NCBI GenBank assembly: GCA_965261125.1
Contig: CBDHCS010000001.1
Location: 85,405-149,404 of the forward strand
Origin: Candidatus Poribacteria bacterium
Lineage (GTDB): Bacteria; Poribacteria; WGA-4E; WGA-3G
Direction of reading: 5' to 3'
Length of the DNA stretch: 64,000 nt
Part shown: piece after piece, positions 18,263 to 28,336 of the stretch
Numbering within the stretch: position 1 is the stretch's first letter
Layout of the letters: each line of letters begins with the position of its first letter
Made by a program: the position numbers and the translations under genes
The notes under the pieces: model-generated
What the model was told of the DNA's origin: nothing
Databases searched by the model: none
What the model saw: only the letters and a program-made list of their open reading frames with translations

Positions 18263-20314
18263 TTATGAATTTGACACCATTTGTGGTACTAACACCAACG
18301 CGCTGCGGGCAGGAACATAGAGTTGAATAGACTGCATTTGTCCCCCCATCTCTGCGTCTTGCCACGGATAATGGATACCCTCTACTGCACCGTAGCCTCC
18401 AAAATCTGTGTCATCGGTATTCAGGATGAGTTGGTAATCTGTCATTTCAGGCACAGGGATACGCCAATCTTTGACGGATGCTGTTGGATGGAAGTTGAAG
18501 GCAAACACAATCCCACCGCGCGCATAGACGATCTGTTTTGCGTCTTCGTGAATGAATAGTAATTGGATATTTTCATGTGAGAGCAGATGATAATGCATAT
18601 CAAGATGTTGCATAGCAGCGTCAAAGGCATTCAGATATTGATAGTAGAGGGTATCATCTTCTACAAGATGCCACTGCCTGCGTGCATACCAATAGGAATT
18701 GTTGTTTCCTGCCCGCGGAAAGTCAATCCATTCGGGGTGTCCAAACTCATTACCCATAAAGTTGAGATACGCTTCTCCTCCTAAACTAAATGTAAGAAGG
18801 CGAATTAATTTGTGTAACGCAACGCCGCGCGCAATTCTAAGGCTCGGCGTAAAAACGCTCATTTTTGTGTAGAGTTCAGCATCCATCAATTGCATCGCAA
18901 GCGTCTTATCACCCACAATACTCTGGTCGTGGCTTTCCACATAAGCGATGTGTTTTTCACCTGCGCGGCGGTTGCGTAACATGCCGTAAATCTCACCGAT
19001 GCGCCAATCTTCGTCCTTTTTCTCTTTCAACAACCGAATCCAATAGTCTGGGATGCCCATTGCGAGGCGATAATCGAAACCGAGTCCGCCTTCTTCAATA
19101 GGGCGTGCAAGACCGGGCATTCCGCTCATGTCTTCAGCAATAGAGATAGCGTTTGGGTTGACAGTATGCATAACCTCATTTGCTAACATCAGATACGCGA
19201 TTGCATCCAACTCCACTTTAGTACCAAAGTAATCGTCATAGCCTGTGAACTCCTGCCCAAGTCCATGGTCGCTGTAGAGCATACTTGTAACACCATCGAA
19301 TCTAAAGCCATCAAAACGATAGGTTTCCAACCAGTAGCGGATATTGCTCAGTAGAAATCGTTGCACTTCGGACTTACTGTAATCGAAACAGCGAGAGTCC
19401 CAAGCGATGTGTTCGCCTTTTTCACCAGCATGAAAATAGTGATGTTCTGTGCCATCAAAGCGGTTCAACCCTTCATTAATATTTTTCACTGCGTGGCTAT
19501 GCACCAGATCCATGATGACCAGCAAACCCATTCCGTGTGCCGTGTCTATAAGTTCCTTGAGTTCTTCAGGTGTTCCGAAACGGCTCGATACAGCGAAAAA
19601 GTTACTTACATGATACCCGAAACTTGCATAGTAGGGATGTTCCATTATCGCCATCAATTGCACAGCGTTATAACCTAAATTGGCAATTCTTGGTAGCACA
19701 TTTTGTGTAAACTCTGCCAACGTTCCAACTTTTTCTGCTTCTTGTGCCATGCCGATATGTGCTTCGTAGATCCTTAGTCCTTTGGTATTGGTGTCAAATT
19801 CAGGCGCGTTATGCCTCCACTGATATGGATTCGGTGGGGACCAATACTGTCCAGTGAAATCGGTTTCACTTTCTTGAATGACACGTTGGATATAGGCTGG
19901 GATTCTGTCTAATTCACCCAGTGCTGATTTGACATGCACTTTGACTCGGGTGCCGTGTCCGAATCGATCTCCATAATGTTTTTCGGGCAGAAAAAGATGC
20001 CATACGCCCCATTTATCAACAAACATTGGGTTAGCATCACGGTTCCATTCGTTAAAATCGCCTATCAGGGAGAGAGATTGTGCCCCTGGTGCCCACTCAC
20101 GGTACCAGACACCGGACTCATCTGCGTTTTTGCCACGGTTGAAACCGAAATAACGATGTCCTTGGCTAATTTCGCCTAATACACCGCCAGTCTTTTCAAT
20201 TTGAGTCTTTATGCGTTGATAGTGGGCAAACCTTTCGCGTAATTGAGGAGCATAAGGCTTTAGCAGGGGATCACGTTTAATGAGGAGAGTGCCGTCTGGT
20301 TGATGCTTGTCCAT
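18263..20314 (-). CDS. glgB: 1,4-alpha-glucan branching enzyme (GH13)
   Basis: YREWAPGA, LRIYEAHIGM, FDGFRFDGVTSMLY, IAEDMSG, YVESHDQ, FMGNEFGHPEWIDFPR. Confidence 0.95.
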   Translation of the reverse strand: MDKHQPDGTLLIKRDPLLKPYAPQLRERFAHYQRIKTQIEKTGGVLGEISQGHRYFGFNRGKNADESGVWYREWAPGAQSLSLIGDFNEWNRDANPMFVDKWGVWHLFLPEKHYGDRFGHGTRVKVHVKSALGELDRIPAYIQRVIQESETDFTGQYWSPPNPYQWRHNAPEFDTNTKGLRIYEAHIGMAQEAEKVGTLAEFTQNVLPRIANLGYNAVQLMAIMEHPYYASFGYHVSNFFAVSSRFGTPEELKELIDTAHGMGLLVIMDLVHSHAVKNINEGLNRFDGTEHHYFHAGEKGEHIAWDSRCFDYSKSEVQRFLLSNIRYWLETYRFDGFRFDGVTSMLYSDHGLGQEFTGYDDYFGTKVELDAIAYLMLANEVMHTVNPNAISIAEDMSGMPGLARPIEEGGLGFDYRLAMGIPDYWIRLLKEKKDEDWRIGEIYGMLRNRRAGEKHIAYVESHDQSIVGDKTLAMQLMDAELYTKMSVFTPSLRIARGVALHKLIRLLTFSLGGEAYLNFMGNEFGHPEWIDFPRAGNNNSYWYARRQWHLVEDDTLYYQYLNAFDAAMQHLDMHYHLLSHENIQLLFIHEDAKQIVYARGGIVFAFNFHPTASVKDWRIPVPEMTDYQLILNTDDTDFGGYGAVEGIHYPWQDAEMGGQMQSIQLYVPARSALVLVPQMVSNS

Positions 20315-20440
20315 AATATCCCAGTTTAACACAAGATAGCTGCCAATTCAAGCATCATGTCAGTTATGGTATGCAGCGGGGTTTACTTTGCTATACCGAC
20401 TACAGATAATTTATACAGAACACCGAAATTAGATATGGGA

Positions 20441-21139
20441 TTAGCCTGGACAAAGGCAAGCGTTCGCTGGACAAGCACCAGTAGCACAGAGTTCCGGGAT
20501 GGCGGGTTGTTTAGGGGACTGTGCAATTGGTAAACGTAGTTCCCTGTAAGAATTCTTTAGAATAGAGATAGCAGACTTGAGAAAGATACTTGTGATGAAT
20601 AAACCTACGATTACGTCTGGCAATTTGGATTGCGTGATTGCAACGAGCGCAGCTGCTAAAAAGACACTTACGTTTGCGACAATATCATTGCGGGAGCATA
20701 CCCACGTTGAGTGCATGTTTATATCGTCTGCTTTGTGTCTGGACAGCAACAGCAGACAACTTGCGTTTGCGATCAATGCAAGTGCACTCATTAGAAACAT
20801 GAAATGTGATTCAGGGATACCCCCCGCGAGGAATTTATAGATGCTCTGGAATAGGACACCGATGCCAAAGATTGCCATAATGCTACCTTTGAGCAAGGCC
20901 GAACCCGCGCGCCATCGATCACTTTTGCCTATTGCATAAAGACTGAAACCGTAAACCAAAGTATCGCTTAACATATCAAGCGAATCGGCTTGCAATGCCA
21001 CTGAACCTGCTAACAAACCGACGAGTAGTTCTAAGCAGAACATGGCACCGTTAATACCAAGTACAATCCATAGTGTTTTGGATTGCCGTTCACGGAGTTC
21101 CTCAAGTTCACAGCTTTTATCGTGACAATAATTATCCAT
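20441..21139 (-). CDS. Cation diffusion facilitator-like metal transporter with Cys-rich tail
   Basis: SVALQADSLDML, STWVCSRND, PDVIVG; TM helices. Confidence 0.85.
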   Translation of the reverse strand: MDNYCHDKSCELEELRERQSKTLWIVLGINGAMFCLELLVGLLAGSVALQADSLDMLSDTLVYGFSLYAIGKSDRWRAGSALLKGSIMAIFGIGVLFQSIYKFLAGGIPESHFMFLMSALALIANASCLLLLSRHKADDINMHSTWVCSRNDIVANVSVFLAAALVAITQSKLPDVIVGLFITSIFLKSAISILKNSYRELRLPIAQSPKQPAIPELCATGACPANACLCPG

Positions 21140-21243
21140 AAATGCCTAATCCTCTCAAAACATAAGCATTGAGTTTACACAATTTGCTTTTTGTTCTTGT
21201 GTAGACATGATACCATAGTATGATGGATAGATGCCAACTAACT

Positions 21244-22464
21244 TCAAAAATAGACGCGAAATGAGGTAAAGAAAAGATTCGGATATGCGCCAAACTCCGA
21301 TTGAAACTGAGTCGGATCATTATTTTTTGGTCGTTTTCCGAAACTGAAGAAACTACCAATAGAGAGGTGAATATCCTCTGCGATATTATACGCTATCTGA
21401 GGTGCTATCCAAGCTGACAGGTCGGAAAGATTGAACAACAACTGTCCACTGATACTGATTAACGGTGTGAGTTGATGCGTAATTCCAGGGGCAATATAAT
21501 GGACACCGAGGAGATAAACACCACCACGGGTATATGCCGATTGGTCTAAATTAGCGAGAATATCTTTGGGTATGTTTGTGCCTGCACCATTGAAGTGATA
21601 TTCAATAAATGCATAAGTTTCACCACCGAAGCTATAATCCAAACCAACGGAGGCACGTAGATAGTTTTCAGACGCATTAGGTTCGTTATTAAAAGATTCA
21701 GCAAACACATAAGCCGTTTCTAACCAGAATCCTGCCCCTCCAATTCCCCTTGCAATATCCAAGCCTACAAGTCGGTTTCTCTGAAATTCCAATAGTAAAA
21801 ACGAAAAATCTGTTTCAACAGCATTCAATTGCGTTCGGAGAAAAATGGCACTCTTATTTAAATCAAAATCAGGACCAAAAATGTATCCAGTATCTACTTC
21901 TCCCAGTACACCGACAGGGATACGAACCCGAACAGCATCTACCCCAACGCGATCTTCTGTGTCCAACTGATCATAGGTGTAAGGCGCGACAACATCGGTT
22001 GGATTGATTATGCGTGCGCTGCCCCAAGCGATTGCATCTCTGCCGATAAAAATGTCGGCAAAATCCGTACTAAACTGCACCGAAGCGCGATCGAGATTAT
22101 GATAGATGCCAACATTACCAATCATTTCATTTTCTCTTGGATATATCCAGGAATTGAAATCTGCTACGCGATAACGAGATGCGGCAATACCAACAGCAAA
22201 TGGAGATTCAGTAAAAAGCAAAGGGTCTTGAACACGCGGGGTAAAATCGTAGGCAAAGGCAATGGAAAGCGAATCCATAGGGGCATAAGAGAGGTTGAGT
22301 CGGAGTCGGTTGACTACTGCCCCTATTATCGGTTCGCTGGTGGATGGTGAATTGAAAGTTGTAAAGAAGTTTTTGTAGTAGCCCCCAACTCGGAATTCAG
22401 CATTGGCGACTTTTACAAAAGACATTGTCATGAGACAGATAACTAATACGAAGATTTTTCTCAT
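21244..22464 (-). CDS. Outer-membrane beta-barrel-like protein of the ABC cluster
   Basis: Signal peptide; GRDAIAWG..NPTD..GVDAVR; terminal YF. Confidence 0.7.
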   Translation of the reverse strand: MRKIFVLVICLMTMSFVKVANAEFRVGGYYKNFFTTFNSPSTSEPIIGAVVNRLRLNLSYAPMDSLSIAFAYDFTPRVQDPLLFTESPFAVGIAASRYRVADFNSWIYPRENEMIGNVGIYHNLDRASVQFSTDFADIFIGRDAIAWGSARIINPTDVVAPYTYDQLDTEDRVGVDAVRVRIPVGVLGEVDTGYIFGPDFDLNKSAIFLRTQLNAVETDFSFLLLEFQRNRLVGLDIARGIGGAGFWLETAYVFAESFNNEPNASENYLRASVGLDYSFGGETYAFIEYHFNGAGTNIPKDILANLDQSAYTRGGVYLLGVHYIAPGITHQLTPLISISGQLLFNLSDLSAWIAPQIAYNIAEDIHLSIGSFFSFGKRPKNNDPTQFQSEFGAYPNLFFTSFRVYF

Positions 22465-22477
22465 TTGTCATAATCCG

Positions 22478-23179
22478 TTATTTCATCTCATCAGTGTCTA
22501 TTTGTCCATCACGAAGTGTAATCAACCGTCTTGCACTCTCCATCACCATCGGATCGTGCGTTGAAAAAATGAAAGTCATGCCTGTTTCAACGTTGAGTTG
22601 ACTCATCATATCAAGTAGACCTGCCCCAGTTTTGGAGTCGAGGTTGGCTGTCGGTTCGTCAGCGAGGATAATAGCAGGTTCAGAGACCATAGCGCGAGCG
22701 ATAGCGACACGTTGTTGTTGTCCACCTGAAAGCTGCGTCGGGAGTCGGTCTTCAACATCCTTTAGTCCAACTGCATCAAGCATTGCTACAACTCTGTCAT
22801 GCCGTTCTGCTTTCGGCACACCTGCTAAGAGCATGATGTATTCAACATTTTCTTCAACTGTCAGCACGGGAATCAGGTTATATGCCTGAAAAATGAAGCC
22901 GATGTTATCCCGCCGAAAGTCAGACAATTCATTGCCGCCCATCTCTGACAGTACCTTGCCGGAAAGCAAAACTTTGCCTTCTGTGGGAGAATCTAACCCA
23001 GAAATGATGTTGAGAAAGGTTGTTTTCCCCGAGCCGGACGGACCAACAATTGCCGTAAATTCTCCCGATTGGATAGTTAAATCAACACCGTTAAGAGCAT
23101 TCACAGGAATTCCATCAGCGTCATAAACTCTTGTCACACCCTCAGTAACAATGACTTCTGTATTTTGAGTCTGTTCCAT
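22478..23179 (-). CDS. ABC transporter ATP-binding protein (LolD/MacB-like)
   Basis: [31 protein letters not shown]. Confidence 0.95.
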   Translation of the reverse strand: MEQTQNTEVIVTEGVTRVYDADGIPVNALNGVDLTIQSGEFTAIVGPSGSGKTTFLNIISGLDSPTEGKVLLSGKVLSEMGGNELSDFRRDNIGFIFQAYNLIPVLTVEENVEYIMLLAGVPKAERHDRVVAMLDAVGLKDVEDRLPTQLSGGQQQRVAIARAMVSEPAIILADEPTANLDSKTGAGLLDMMSQLNVETGMTFIFSTHDPMVMESARRLITLRDGQIDTDEMK

Positions 23180-23188
23180 AATAACTTC

Positions 23189-24418
23189 CTAAAAACTACG
23201 CCGCATTGCGTCAACCGGCGACATTTTGGCTACATGCCAAGCGGGATACAATCCGGCAATAATAGTAAAAACAAAGACCGCCACAGGATAAATAATGAAC
23301 TGTTCAATCGTTAGGACAGGAAAGATGAACTCTTGTACTGTTACGCCCATCATTTCATTACCAGTATAATCAATACCGATATTTGCAAATATCGTAGTCA
23401 GAACAAAGCTGAGTATCGCACCGAGTACGATACTCACAACTGCCAATGCGCCTGCCTCAAACAAGACGATGCGCGCCATTCCGAAAGAACGCGTTCCAAC
23501 GGCACGTAAAACACCAAACTCAAACATTCGTTCATATAACGACATAAAAAGCGTGTTGATGATACCAAAAATAACCACTCCGAACAGAACTATTCCCATG
23601 ATGTATTTGCTATATTGCGACATTTCAAACACTTTGGGTAATTGTGGCAGAATTTCTGTCCAACTGAGTGCTTCGTTACCATGTTGAGAATAGGTCTCCC
23701 AAAATGGCAGCTGCTTATCTTGGCCATATTCGGTTGAAGTAAACTTAATCGCTATTTCATGGACATTATTACCGATAGCAAGCATCTGTTGCGCTTTTTT
23801 AATCCGAACAAACGCCATACCTCTACTCATTGCTGTGTCAGCAAAATAATAGATTCCAGAAACACGAAACCAATCTTCAAAATAATCTCCACTTTTGGCT
23901 TGAACGACTGTAACAACCACCTTGTCTCCGAGCTCAACTTCCAAAATTTCTGCCAGTTTGCTGCCGATGACAATATCATGTTCATTCGCCTTTTCAAAAA
24001 AGACACCTTCTGTAATTGCATCATCAATCTGAGATAGAAATTTCTCTGTTGATGGCTGAACGCCGATGAGGTTAATTGCACTCCTATTCGCTGACGATGC
24101 TATCATACCAGGAGCGAACGTTCTTCGTGTAAAATATTGGACGTTCGCTTCCTTAGCCAGATTAGCACCTACTTCATCAAGTTCCTGAATCGTCATTGAA
24201 ACCTCTCGCGTGTCCCGAAATTCTTGCCGATGAATCTGTGCATCACCGATGAAGGAATCGGTAGCAGTCTTAATCAAATTGTTCATCATTCCTATCATGA
24301 AAGCATCCCCGAAAATAAGGGCCGCCAGACCGATACTGATCGCTATTGACGCAATGATCGTACGGCGTTTATTCCGTAAGATGTTTCTCCAAGCGAGTTT
24401 GATTAATATCAGAAACAT
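23189..24418 (-). CDS. ABC transporter permease (FtsX/LolE-like)
   Basis: LAWRNILRNKRRT, NTLFMSLYERMFEFGVLRAVG. Confidence 0.9.
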   Translation of the reverse strand: MFLILIKLAWRNILRNKRRTIIASIAISIGLAALIFGDAFMIGMMNNLIKTATDSFIGDAQIHRQEFRDTREVSMTIQELDEVGANLAKEANVQYFTRRTFAPGMIASSANRSAINLIGVQPSTEKFLSQIDDAITEGVFFEKANEHDIVIGSKLAEILEVELGDKVVVTVVQAKSGDYFEDWFRVSGIYYFADTAMSRGMAFVRIKKAQQMLAIGNNVHEIAIKFTSTEYGQDKQLPFWETYSQHGNEALSWTEILPQLPKVFEMSQYSKYIMGIVLFGVVIFGIINTLFMSLYERMFEFGVLRAVGTRSFGMARIVLFEAGALAVVSIVLGAILSFVLTTIFANIGIDYTGNEMMGVTVQEFIFPVLTIEQFIIYPVAVFVFTIIAGLYPAWHVAKMSPVDAMRRSF

Positions 24419-24430
24419 AGGTTTGAACCT

Positions 24431-25645
24431 TTAATGCGTTCGCATCGCTTTTGCAGGCATAATCCGCGCGGCTTTTATTGCTGGAAACAGACCGACAAGC
24501 GTTGCTGACAACAGAACGGTAATACCTGGAATCATGAGACTTCGGGCGTTGACTTCAGCATACATCGTTCCAAATTCAACACCGCCGAGGGTTAACCCTT
24601 CGGCATAAGTGAGGCCGTATATAGACAGCAGATAATTTATAAAAACCCCAAGTAGCGCACCGATACCGATGCTACCAATAGTGATGATAACTACCTCACA
24701 TAAGACTAACCAGAAAATTTGAATAGGTTTTGTGCCGACCGCCTTTAGCACACCGTATTCACGTGTCCGTTCCAACACAGACATCAGGACGGTGTTGAGA
24801 ACGCCAATTGCAACGATAAGCATAATGATGAGGCGTGCAACAGCATCTCCTTGCTTATCTGCCTGCATCGCATCATAAAAGGACTTTGCTACCACTTGCC
24901 AAGGTAAAACCTCAAGAGATGAATCGTCAAGACTCTCTTTAATCGCTTCCGTTATCTTGCCAACCTTATTGATATTTGACACAATCACAACGATTTCGTG
25001 GGCACGTTCCTCAAGCACAAATAATTCCTGTGCATCTTCAATGTGTAGATAACAGGTTACCCGATCCGTTATGTCATCGCCACTCTCTGCTATACCAACA
25101 ATCGTGTACTCATCATTTGCAATTGAACCATCAGCAGCTTGGGAAAAAATCACAATTTTACTGCCCAGTGTTGCAGTAAGCGTCTTTGCAAGTCCTAACC
25201 CAATAACTGCTTCACCCAAAGCGGCTTCCGATAAAGGATTGCCTTGAACCACTTTTTTATCAAAATGGGTCGCTTCGGTTTCCCTTATGACATCAACTCC
25301 GATAACTCGTACTGCCGTGCTTTTTTCACCAACTGAACCGAGTCCACCTGCATAAACTCGTGGTGTCCACGCTTCGATGTCTGTGTTACCTTGAATTGTT
25401 TCTCCAATGGATTCATAGTTACTAATCGTTTTATAGATAGACGGTTTTTCATGGTAACCTTCATGATGCACCTGGATGTGTCCGATACGGTTCCCAGTGA
25501 ACATCTTGATGACATTAGAATACGCTCCATCAGATAAACCAATGACCATTGAGGAGAGCGTAAATCCAACAATCATTGCAAGAGCGGTAAGGATTGTACG
25601 CCGTTTTTGTCGGAAGATATTACGGAACGCAATTTTAAGTATCAT
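24431..25645 (-). CDS. ABC transporter permease (FtsX/LolE-like)
   Basis: IAFRNIFRQKRRT, NTVLMSVLERTREYGVLKAVG. Confidence 0.9.
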   Translation of the reverse strand: MILKIAFRNIFRQKRRTILTALAMIVGFTLSSMVIGLSDGAYSNVIKMFTGNRIGHIQVHHEGYHEKPSIYKTISNYESIGETIQGNTDIEAWTPRVYAGGLGSVGEKSTAVRVIGVDVIRETEATHFDKKVVQGNPLSEAALGEAVIGLGLAKTLTATLGSKIVIFSQAADGSIANDEYTIVGIAESGDDITDRVTCYLHIEDAQELFVLEERAHEIVVIVSNINKVGKITEAIKESLDDSSLEVLPWQVVAKSFYDAMQADKQGDAVARLIIMLIVAIGVLNTVLMSVLERTREYGVLKAVGTKPIQIFWLVLCEVVIITIGSIGIGALLGVFINYLLSIYGLTYAEGLTLGGVEFGTMYAEVNARSLMIPGITVLLSATLVGLFPAIKAARIMPAKAMRTH

Positions 25646-25886
25646 AGTCAGGACTTATGCATTATTACAAAATTGTTTATACTATTAGGATGGACGCATT
25701 TCCATTGCCATCACATGCTGCTTTAGGCATTCCCGTGTGGCATACGAATTGGGGATAAAGGGGTCAGCCTTGAAAAGGACAAATTCTAAACAGAGATACC
25801 TGAATTTGCGTCTGTCCTGCTACTATTATACCATAGGGTATCAGAAGATACAAGTTTGTTGCAAGCGATGGAAACTTGTTCTTTAT

Positions 25887-25915
25887 TTGACATAAGCCTA
25901 TTAGTATGCTATACT
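25887..25915 (+). promoter_or_regulatory. Sigma70 promoter upstream of the R-M locus
   Basis: TTGACA-17 nt-TATACT with TG extension. Confidence 0.6.
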
Positions 25916-26030
25916 AAATTTAATCGCAAAAAGCATATCAAAATATATGTTGACAACGTTGCGTAGGATTTATTTCTTAAAATTCTACTTGATACTATCA
26001 GTGTACAGTGAGTGAAAATGGAACTAAAGA

Positions 26031-26258
26031 ATGGACTTGATAAAGATGATTAAACAAAAAACCCTTCGACTTATAGGTTTAGTATTAATCGCTGTGTCCT
26101 TGATAGCGTGTTACACAATATTACGTATTCTCAACTTGTCTGCAAACATTACAGCGATCATTACAGTTTGCCTATCAGGCGTTGCGTATCTTTTGTTAGT
26201 TACCCGTATTGAACCATTTTTGTGCAGAGTGTTACCGTTTCTGGAGTCCAAAACATAG
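26031..26258 (+). CDS. Small two-TM hypothetical protein
   Basis: Two hydrophobic segments; upstream of mod. Confidence 0.4.
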   Translation: MDLIKMIKQKTLRLIGLVLIAVSLIACYTILRILNLSANITAIITVCLSGVAYLLLVTRIEPFLCRVLPFLESKT

Positions 26259-26420
26259 ACTAAATTTACTTCGGAAAAATTGGAACTGGGTAGTATTGAT
26301 ACCCAAAAGGGACAAGGTCCCAATTCATTCCCCGGAGTAAGTGAGTTGGATATACTCAGTTCAAATAACGTGATAAGAAATTTCAGAGGTAACTGGGTTC
26401 ATTCATAAAGGAAAGTGTTG

Positions 26421-28250
26421 ATGACAAAAACTATTAACAAAGTCCAAAAAACCACCACTACTCCCCACGAGGAGAGACTCAAACAACTCAAACAACTTTA
26501 TCCTGAATGCTTGACAGAAGGTAAAGTTGACTTAGAAAAACTAAAGAAGACCCTATCAACTGAAGATATACAGGAAAACGGAGATGAACGTTACCGTTTC
26601 ACGTGGGCAGGCAAACATGACGCTATCCGCCTACTCAATATCCCCACTGAGGCAACGTTAAAACCTTGTCGTGATGAGTCTTTAAATTTTGACACATCCC
26701 AAAACCTCTTTATTGAAGGTGACAACCTTGAGGTTCTCAAACTCCTCTACAAACCCTACTTTGGCCGTATCAAAGCCATCTACATTGATCCACCCTACAA
26801 TACTGGCGGGGACTTTATTTATCCCGACAACTATAAAAAGCCGTTAGATACCTACCTTCAATTGACTGGGCAAGTTGATTCAGAAGGTAATTTGCAAACT
26901 ACCAATCCAGAAACGAGTGGTCGCTATCATTCCGCTTGGTTATCTATGATGTATCCACGCCTCTTTTTAGCGCGCCAACTGCTTACCGATGATGGCATTA
27001 TCTTTGTAAGCATTGACGATCGGGAGGTATACAACCTTCGGCTCATGCTGAACGAGATTTTTGGTGAAGAAAATTGTCTTCAGCAGGTAGTATGGCAACG
27101 ACACGGGGGTGGTGGTAATGATTCTAAATATTTTGCAACTGACCATGAATATATTCTTTCTTATGCGAAAAACCTTCATGCGATTGATAGGCTAAGACGC
27201 CCACTTACTGAAACAGAAAAAACTGCATTTAAACAAAAAGACGATTACTATGAAACGCGTGGCCCTTATAAAACTAGTGTTTTTGAACCCATGCGACCAG
27301 ACAATCCTGCAGAGGGATTACGATATGAAATTGAGTGTCCTGACGGTACAATGGTTTACAAGGAATGGGGTCAAAAAGAAACCGGTTTCTTAAAATTAAA
27401 AGACGAGGACAGAATTGTTTTCAGGAAAAAACAGAATGGGGAATGGCAGGTAGAAAAGAAAATTTACTTGAACGAATCTAAAAGGGTCCCTCGAAGTTTG
27501 TTAACTAAAGTAGAAAAGAATCCCAAAGGTAGAAGGCAACTTAGAGAGATTTTCGATTCTGATGGTATTTTCAGTAACCCTAAACCTGTTGGATTAATCA
27601 AACATCTACTCCAATTCAGCACGAATTCTGATTCTATTGTTTTAGACTTTTTTGCAGGTTCTTGTACAGCAGCACAAGCTGTTTTGGAACTTAATCAAGA
27701 GGATAACGGTAATAGGCAATACATCATGGTTCAACTCCCCGAACCTACACCTGAAAAATCTGCAGGACGTAAAGCAGGTTTTGAAACTATCGATGAGATT
27801 GGCAAAGAACGAATTCGGCGCGTCTGTCAGAATTTCTCCGAATCGTCCGGATTTCGTGTTTTTAAACTCTCACCATCAAATTATGAGACTGAAAGCAATT
27901 CTGAAACCGATGAAAAACCAGATCTTTTCAGTGAGTTAGAAGGTACCCTTGACCCACTCCGAGAAGGATGGCTTGCAGAGGACGTTCTCTATGAAATTAT
28001 TCTCAAGGAAGGATACCCGCTGGACAGTGCAATTCAACCCGTTAAAGAACTCACAACAAACACCGTTTTTTGCATTACTACACCTAATGGGACACAATCA
28101 CTCCATATCTGTTTAGATGAACAACTAACAGAAACAGATATAGAAAGTTTGGACTTATCAAAAGATTCTGTGTTTATCTGCCGTGATATTGCGTTAGATG
28201 ATACGCTCGCTGCAAACCTTGCTTTGCAATGCCGTCTCAAAACAATCTGA
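26421..28250 (+). CDS. mod: Type III R-M methyltransferase (Mod)
   Basis: NLFIEGDNLEVLKLL, YIDPPYNTG, HSAWLSMMYPRL, PKPVGLI, VLDFFAGS. Confidence 0.95.
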   Translation: MTKTINKVQKTTTTPHEERLKQLKQLYPECLTEGKVDLEKLKKTLSTEDIQENGDERYRFTWAGKHDAIRLLNIPTEATLKPCRDESLNFDTSQNLFIEGDNLEVLKLLYKPYFGRIKAIYIDPPYNTGGDFIYPDNYKKPLDTYLQLTGQVDSEGNLQTTNPETSGRYHSAWLSMMYPRLFLARQLLTDDGIIFVSIDDREVYNLRLMLNEIFGEENCLQQVVWQRHGGGGNDSKYFATDHEYILSYAKNLHAIDRLRRPLTETEKTAFKQKDDYYETRGPYKTSVFEPMRPDNPAEGLRYEIECPDGTMVYKEWGQKETGFLKLKDEDRIVFRKKQNGEWQVEKKIYLNESKRVPRSLLTKVEKNPKGRRQLREIFDSDGIFSNPKPVGLIKHLLQFSTNSDSIVLDFFAGSCTAAQAVLELNQEDNGNRQYIMVQLPEPTPEKSAGRKAGFETIDEIGKERIRRVCQNFSESSGFRVFKLSPSNYETESNSETDEKPDLFSELEGTLDPLREGWLAEDVLYEIILKEGYPLDSAIQPVKELTTNTVFCITTPNGTQSLHICLDEQLTETDIESLDLSKDSVFICRDIALDDTLAANLALQCRLKTI

Positions 28251-28336
28251 TCAAACAAGAGGGTTTCCCCACGCTTGCTATTCTTAGCCCCCTCGCTTGC
28301 AGGGGTTGGGGGGGATAAACGGGGTAAAAGAGAAAA

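Noticed and set aside
21244-25645. ABC cluster lacking the LolA-like gene often found with it
   Set aside because: The gene may lie elsewhere in the genome; absence cannot be judged from this window.
26256-26408. Open frame continuing about 49 codons past the TAG of the small TM gene
   Set aside because: No recognisable motif or recoding signal; could be chance or a nonsense mutation.
26421-28250. Phase-variable simple repeat in mod
   Set aside because: No long simple-sequence tract seen.
28285-28325. G/C-rich hairpin between mod and res as a specific regulator
   Set aside because: More likely another dispersed palindromic repeat; no evidence for a dedicated role.
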